From: Minisyncoccota bacterium
GTDB taxonomy: Bacteria > Patescibacteriota > Minisyncoccia > Minisyncoccales > CG1-02-41-26
NCBI GenBank assembly: GCA_028718785.1
Contig: JAQULB010000002.1
Location: 20,750 to 84,749, forward strand
Direction: 5' to 3'
Length of the DNA: 64,000 nucleotides
Below, piece by piece: positions 60,779-64,000 of this stretch (its first letter is position 1; the number at the start of each line of letters is the position of its first letter). Made by a program: the position numbers and the translations under genes. The notes under the pieces are model-generated. The model saw nothing but the letters and a program-made list of their open reading frames with translations, did no database searches and was not told the origin of the DNA.

Positions 60779-61489
60779 ATGGAAAATAAAGAATTTTTAG
60801 AAATAATAAGCTCGTCATTTGTTAAGTTTTTAGAAACCTCTGCCAGAAGTAATAAAAAATTAAAAATACTTCACGGGGCGATAGCTATAGATATAGAGAA
60901 AAGGCTTGGGAAAGGTTATGCCATTTGCTCTCTCGGTTGTGGCGAGGGTAAGGAAGTTAAAATAAGTGGGAGATATATGGATAAAACGGTTGACATAGCA
61001 GTTTATAAGGGCGAGAACGACATAGCGGCGATCGGGGTTAAGTTTGTAATGAATAATTATTCCCAAAATTCAAACAATTATTTTGAAAATATGCTTGGGG
61101 AAACTGCCAATATAAGGGCGAATAAAAAGAAGTATTTTCAAATTTTAATTCTTCCCGAAGAATTACCCTACTATGATAATTCTGGGAAGATTACGCATTG
61201 GGAGAAAATTACAACTCATAACATCAATAAATATATTAAATTGTCTAATGACGATGAAGATGTATTTTTTCATACACCTATCAAAACGCTTATTTGCATA
61301 ATCAAACTGCCAAAACTTGATATTCAAACAATAACCAACAAAACCCAATATAAAAAACATTATTTAGATATTGGGAGTATTAAATTGGATTTTTCCACAA
61401 ACATATCGAATAGTTTTGGTGAAAGGGTGGTTTTGAATGATTATGAAGACTTTATCAAAAAAGTAGTTTTCTTTCTTAAAAGTATCTAA
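60779..61489 (+). CDS. putative type II restriction endonuclease partner
   Basis: Starts 5 nt after the methyltransferase stop and shares its extreme AT-richness. KTVDIAV...AAIGVKFV resembles a degenerate PD-(D/E)XK core. Family not recognised. Confidence 0.45.
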   Translation: MENKEFLEIISSSFVKFLETSARSNKKLKILHGAIAIDIEKRLGKGYAICSLGCGEGKEVKISGRYMDKTVDIAVYKGENDIAAIGVKFVMNNYSQNSNNYFENMLGETANIRANKKKYFQILILPEELPYYDNSGKITHWEKITTHNINKYIKLSNDDEDVFFHTPIKTLICIIKLPKLDIQTITNKTQYKKHYLDIGSIKLDFSTNISNSFGERVVLNDYEDFIKKVVFFLKSI

Positions 61490-61550
61490 TCTACTAAAAT
61501 ACACTGGTCTTACCAGTGGAACTTCTACTATTTCCAATATTGCATCAGGC

Positions 61551-62450
61551 ATGGCTTGGCCGGGGTTTCAGGATAATGGCGATACATTAACCGACTTGCG
61601 TACAAATTTAACTTGGCAAAAAGATGCTTTAAGCTCTATAAACAATTTTGGAGCCAGTACCACTCAAGACAATGCTGTTGATTTTATAACAGGACAAAAC
61701 AGCGATTGGCGCTTGCCAAATTTTAAAGAGTTAGCCAGTTTGTTTAGCTATGCCCTCCCCAATCCCGGAGTGTGGAGCGGATTTTTAAACATAAAGCCAG
61801 AAAATTATTGGTCAATAAGCAAAAGAATGATTAACGCTCCCACTTGGGGCATACCTCCCCGGTACAGTGGCTGGTCTTTTAATTTCTTAAATGGAATAGT
61901 TGAAAATAATATTTATGACTTGGGGCAAGACAATAATTTTTATTCTTTTATGGCCACTAAAAATCAAGGAATCCCCGGTGGGCTATCGGGTGATGATGAT
62001 TTTGATTTTACCGACAATAATGATGGCACAATAAAAGACAACAAAACTGGCTTAATGTGGCTTAACGCAAATTTATCCCATGTAATGGGCAATCGCAAAA
62101 ATTGGAATTCGGCTTTTATGCTTGCTAATAATGTTGCTTTATGCAACGACGGAACTTTGCAGGGCAATGAAAACAAAGCTGGGGATTGCTTGGCTAATGG
62201 GGGAGTAAAATATGATGACTGGCGATTGCCCAATGTTCAAGAGTTAATGGAAATAACTAAACTGGACAATCAGCCCGGGATTCCTTCAATTTTGCCAAAC
62301 TTGAGCTTGGGTGTTTCTTTCTACTGGACTGGCACAATGTTTGACGCAAATAATGTTTGGTATGTGGGAGATGGGTTTTGTTTTGGTATGGTTAATTACA
62401 GGGCAAAAATTGGCGAGGAGTTTAATGTTCAGCTAGTGCGGGAGGAGTAA
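61551..62450 (+). pseudogene. DUF1566 (Lcl C-terminal domain-like) protein, apparently 5'-truncated
   Basis: Two DUF1566-type modules (..TNLTWQKD..DWRLPNFKELASL.. and ..TGLMWLN..DDWRLPNVQELMEI). The frame stays open upstream to 61467 without a start or signal peptide, and it abuts the R-M island. Confidence 0.55.
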
Positions 62451-62526
62451 CCGTGTCAAAAGTTTGCCGACCTGCGCTACGCCGAAGGCTCCAGCAAGGC
62501 GAGTCGGCGCAGATTGACACGCTTTT
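62451..62526. repeat. long (nested) variant of the palindromic element, inverted relative to 52883-52958
   Basis: ccgtgtcaaaagtttgccgacctgcgctacgccgaaggctccagcaaggcgagtcggcgcagattgacacgctttt starts 1 nt after the DUF1566 stop. Confidence 0.9.
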
Positions 62527-62747
62527 GGTTTGATCTTTAGGTGGGGGAATAATTTTATAAAAAAAAGGAGAAACAGCATAATTGCTAATGGGGAAAGGCG
62601 GCGACCTTAAAACCATTTTTTGTTTATGCGAGTTTCTCCTATAGAGGAGAAGGGCAGGTTGGGCGAAAGCTGTCAAAATTCCGTGGGAGATGGATATTTT
62701 GACGACTTTAGGCCTGCCCCTCTTTTTAAAAAATTTTTAAGGCGCTT

Positions 62748-62767
62748 GCCACCCTTAAGGGGGTGGC
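62748..62767 (-). terminator. hairpin after the Cys-rich peptide gene
   Basis: gccaccc-ttaagg-gggtggc, 9 nt downstream of the stop; T-rich tract a few nt further on the minus strand. Confidence 0.45.
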
Positions 62768-62775
62768 TTTGGTTT

Positions 62776-63015
62776 TTAATGGTGATGGGGTGGCTCGTGG
62801 TGTTCCCACGGTTGTCCACCGTAAGAACAACAAGGCGTTGCTCCGTTTCCGTTTTTGCAACCATCAATGTTGGCATTTGTGCCAACTAAACACCCAACAG
62901 CTGACATTCCCTCCTTACATCCAGCAGTGGGATTAGATCCCGGCTGACAAATCACGCATCCCCTTGTTTCGTGAGTGTTGAAAAGTTCCGGTTTTTCGTA
63001 TTTTCTTTTTTCCAA
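62776..63015 (-). CDS. 79-aa Cys-rich peptide with YxxPxL-type leader and His-rich tail (RiPP-precursor-like or metal-binding)
   Basis: TTG start 7 nt after AAGGAGG. MEKRKYEKPELFNTHETRG then five Cys sites about 10 aa apart (RGC..C, AGC, VGC, DGC, PCC), ending HHEPPHHH. G+C-richer than its surroundings. Confidence 0.6.
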   Translation of the reverse strand: MEKRKYEKPELFNTHETRGCVICQPGSNPTAGCKEGMSAVGCLVGTNANIDGCKNGNGATPCCSYGGQPWEHHEPPHHH

Positions 63016-63290
63016 AAGATTACCTCCTTTTTCAAAGTATAGAACAAAATTTGTTTATTTTTTATACCACAAAATTTGTAGATGTGCAAATAAAAACAGG
63101 GAAAGCGTTTTGGTCTGGTTTATTTTAACAACCCCTTACGGAGTTAAAATAAAGCAATTTTTTAAAACGCTTTCCCTTTGTTTTGGAGGTCTTTTGCTTG
63201 ACGAAAAAAAGCAAAAGACAGAATTTAAAAGCATAGCATTAACCCAAAAACAAGTCAAAAAAAATACAAGTAAATATCAAGTAAAATTGT

Positions 63291-63319
63291 TTGACAAAAC
63301 AGGGAATTTTTGCTATAAA
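63291..63319 (+). promoter_or_regulatory. sigma70-like promoter TTGACA-17-TATAAA
   Basis: Read directly, about 130 nt upstream of the 63451 ORF. The leader contains a terminator-like hairpin. Confidence 0.55.
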
Positions 63320-63450
63320 TACAAGCATAATGGCGTAAAAGTAAAATTTTTAAGGTGGTATTTTTCGCCACTTAAAACCCCTCCACCTTATTTACTTTTA
63401 CGCTCTTTTTTTAAAGTTGATTTTTATTTTAGGTGTGATAAAATCTAAAA

Positions 63451-64000
63451 ATGTTTGAAAGGAGCCATGTTATTAAGCTCACCATGGTTTTATATAAGGT
63501 GAGTGATTTTTTTCCTGAAAAAGAACCATTGAAAGCTCTGATTAGAAAAAAAGCTGACGAAGTGCTGGCTGGTTTGATATTGCTGGAAAAAGATAGTAAT
63601 TTGGCAGTGCAGGTTTTGGGAGATATTGAAATAATAAAAGCTTATATTGAGCTGGCCCAAAATCAAGATTGGCTAAAAAGCGAAAATTTTGAAGTTTTAA
63701 AAAAAGAGTATTGTTTGATTAATGATAAAATAAAAGAACAGATTATTTTTGAAAAAAATACCACTAGCCAAGAGCAAGAAAAAAAGAAATTTGTTTCTGC
63801 TCTGCCACATTCAATTAAGACAAACAATGAAAGTGAAGATTCAAGAGTTCACCTAAACGAAAGACATAAAAAAATTATTGGTATTTTAAAACAAGGAAAG
63901 TTAATTCAAGTAAAAGATTTAAAAGATGTTTTTCCAAACATTAGCAAAAGAACAATAAGAAGAGATTTTGAATATTTATTTGAAAATGGCTTAGTGGAGA
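63451..64000 (+). CDS. helical N-domain + DeoR-type wHTH protein (partial, runs off the window)
   Basis: Hand-translated open frame from the ATG at 63451. ...HKKIIGILKQGKLIQVKDLKDVFPNISKRTIRRDFEYLFENGLVE matches the DeoR-type HTH. No stop before the window end. Confidence 0.6.
   Translation, partial: MFERSHVIKLTMVLYKVSDFFPEKEPLKALIRKKADEVLAGLILLEKDSNLAVQVLGDIEIIKAYIELAQNQDWLKSENFEVLKKEYCLINDKIKEQIIFEKNTTSQEQEKKKFVSALPHSIKTNNESEDSRVHLNERHKKIIGILKQGKLIQVKDLKDVFPNISKRTIRRDFEYLFENGLVE

Noticed and set aside
62620-62889. Plus- and minus-strand ORFs (62620-62889, 62673-62885) overlapping the 3' region of the Cys-rich peptide gene
   Set aside because: They have no RBS and span terminator hairpins. 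The 62776-63015 minus ORF has a strong RBS and coherent peptide features.
62776-63015. Lasso-peptide precursor interpretation of the Cys-rich peptide
   Set aside because: Although YxxPxL and a Thr at -2 before Gly are present, there is no Asp/Glu at core positions 7-9 for macrolactam formation and no B/C maturase genes nearby. Only a generic RiPP-like or metal-binding call is kept.

Overview
AT-rich, tightly packed bacterial chromosome segment with about 60 protein genes, one tRNA-Leu(CAA) and a tmRNA; no rRNA and no CRISPR array. Most genes are housekeeping: rplT-rpmI-infC, ssrA-smpB, argS, ileS, recO, glyQS, rlmE, prmC, rsmI, metG, tatD, leuS, a RelA/SpoT homolog, topA, dprA, mfd, pth, lepB, hisS, rpsU, ybeY, ftsA-ftsZ, intein-containing nrdD plus nrdG, comEC, dgkA, htrA and clpB. 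The anaerobic RNR, the short Mfd, FtsZ and ComEC, the many tiny ORFs and the lack of biosynthesis genes fit a reduced-genome CPR/Patescibacteria-like organism; this is inference only. Accessory content includes hicBA and relE-type toxin-antitoxin pairs, a very AT-rich type II R-M island next to a 5'-truncated DUF1566 gene, a G+C-rich sugar-isomerase gene that looks horizontally acquired, and a Cys-rich, His-tailed small peptide gene. The most unusual signal is a layered short-repeat system. (1) Two paralogous wHTH + Cas2-like (PaaX-family) genes are each bracketed by hairpin-forming palindromic elements. One of these element types (GTGTCAA..GCCGATCGGC..TTGACAC) is dispersed through the window, including in-frame copies inside leuS and mfd and two nested long variants. 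This resembles REP/RAYT 'REPtrons' but with a different protein. (2) G+C-rich hairpin elements are inserted in-frame in many essential genes: the capA-like gene, argS, leuS, ileS, rlmE, prmC, dprA, mfd and pth. (3) 7-bp-period tandem 'word' repeats occur in spacers and inside aaRS genes. Other points of interest are roughly 100-bp inverted repeats flush with both ends of infC, and a DnaA-box/-35 composite promoter shared by nrdD and a candidate ~180-nt structured RNA.
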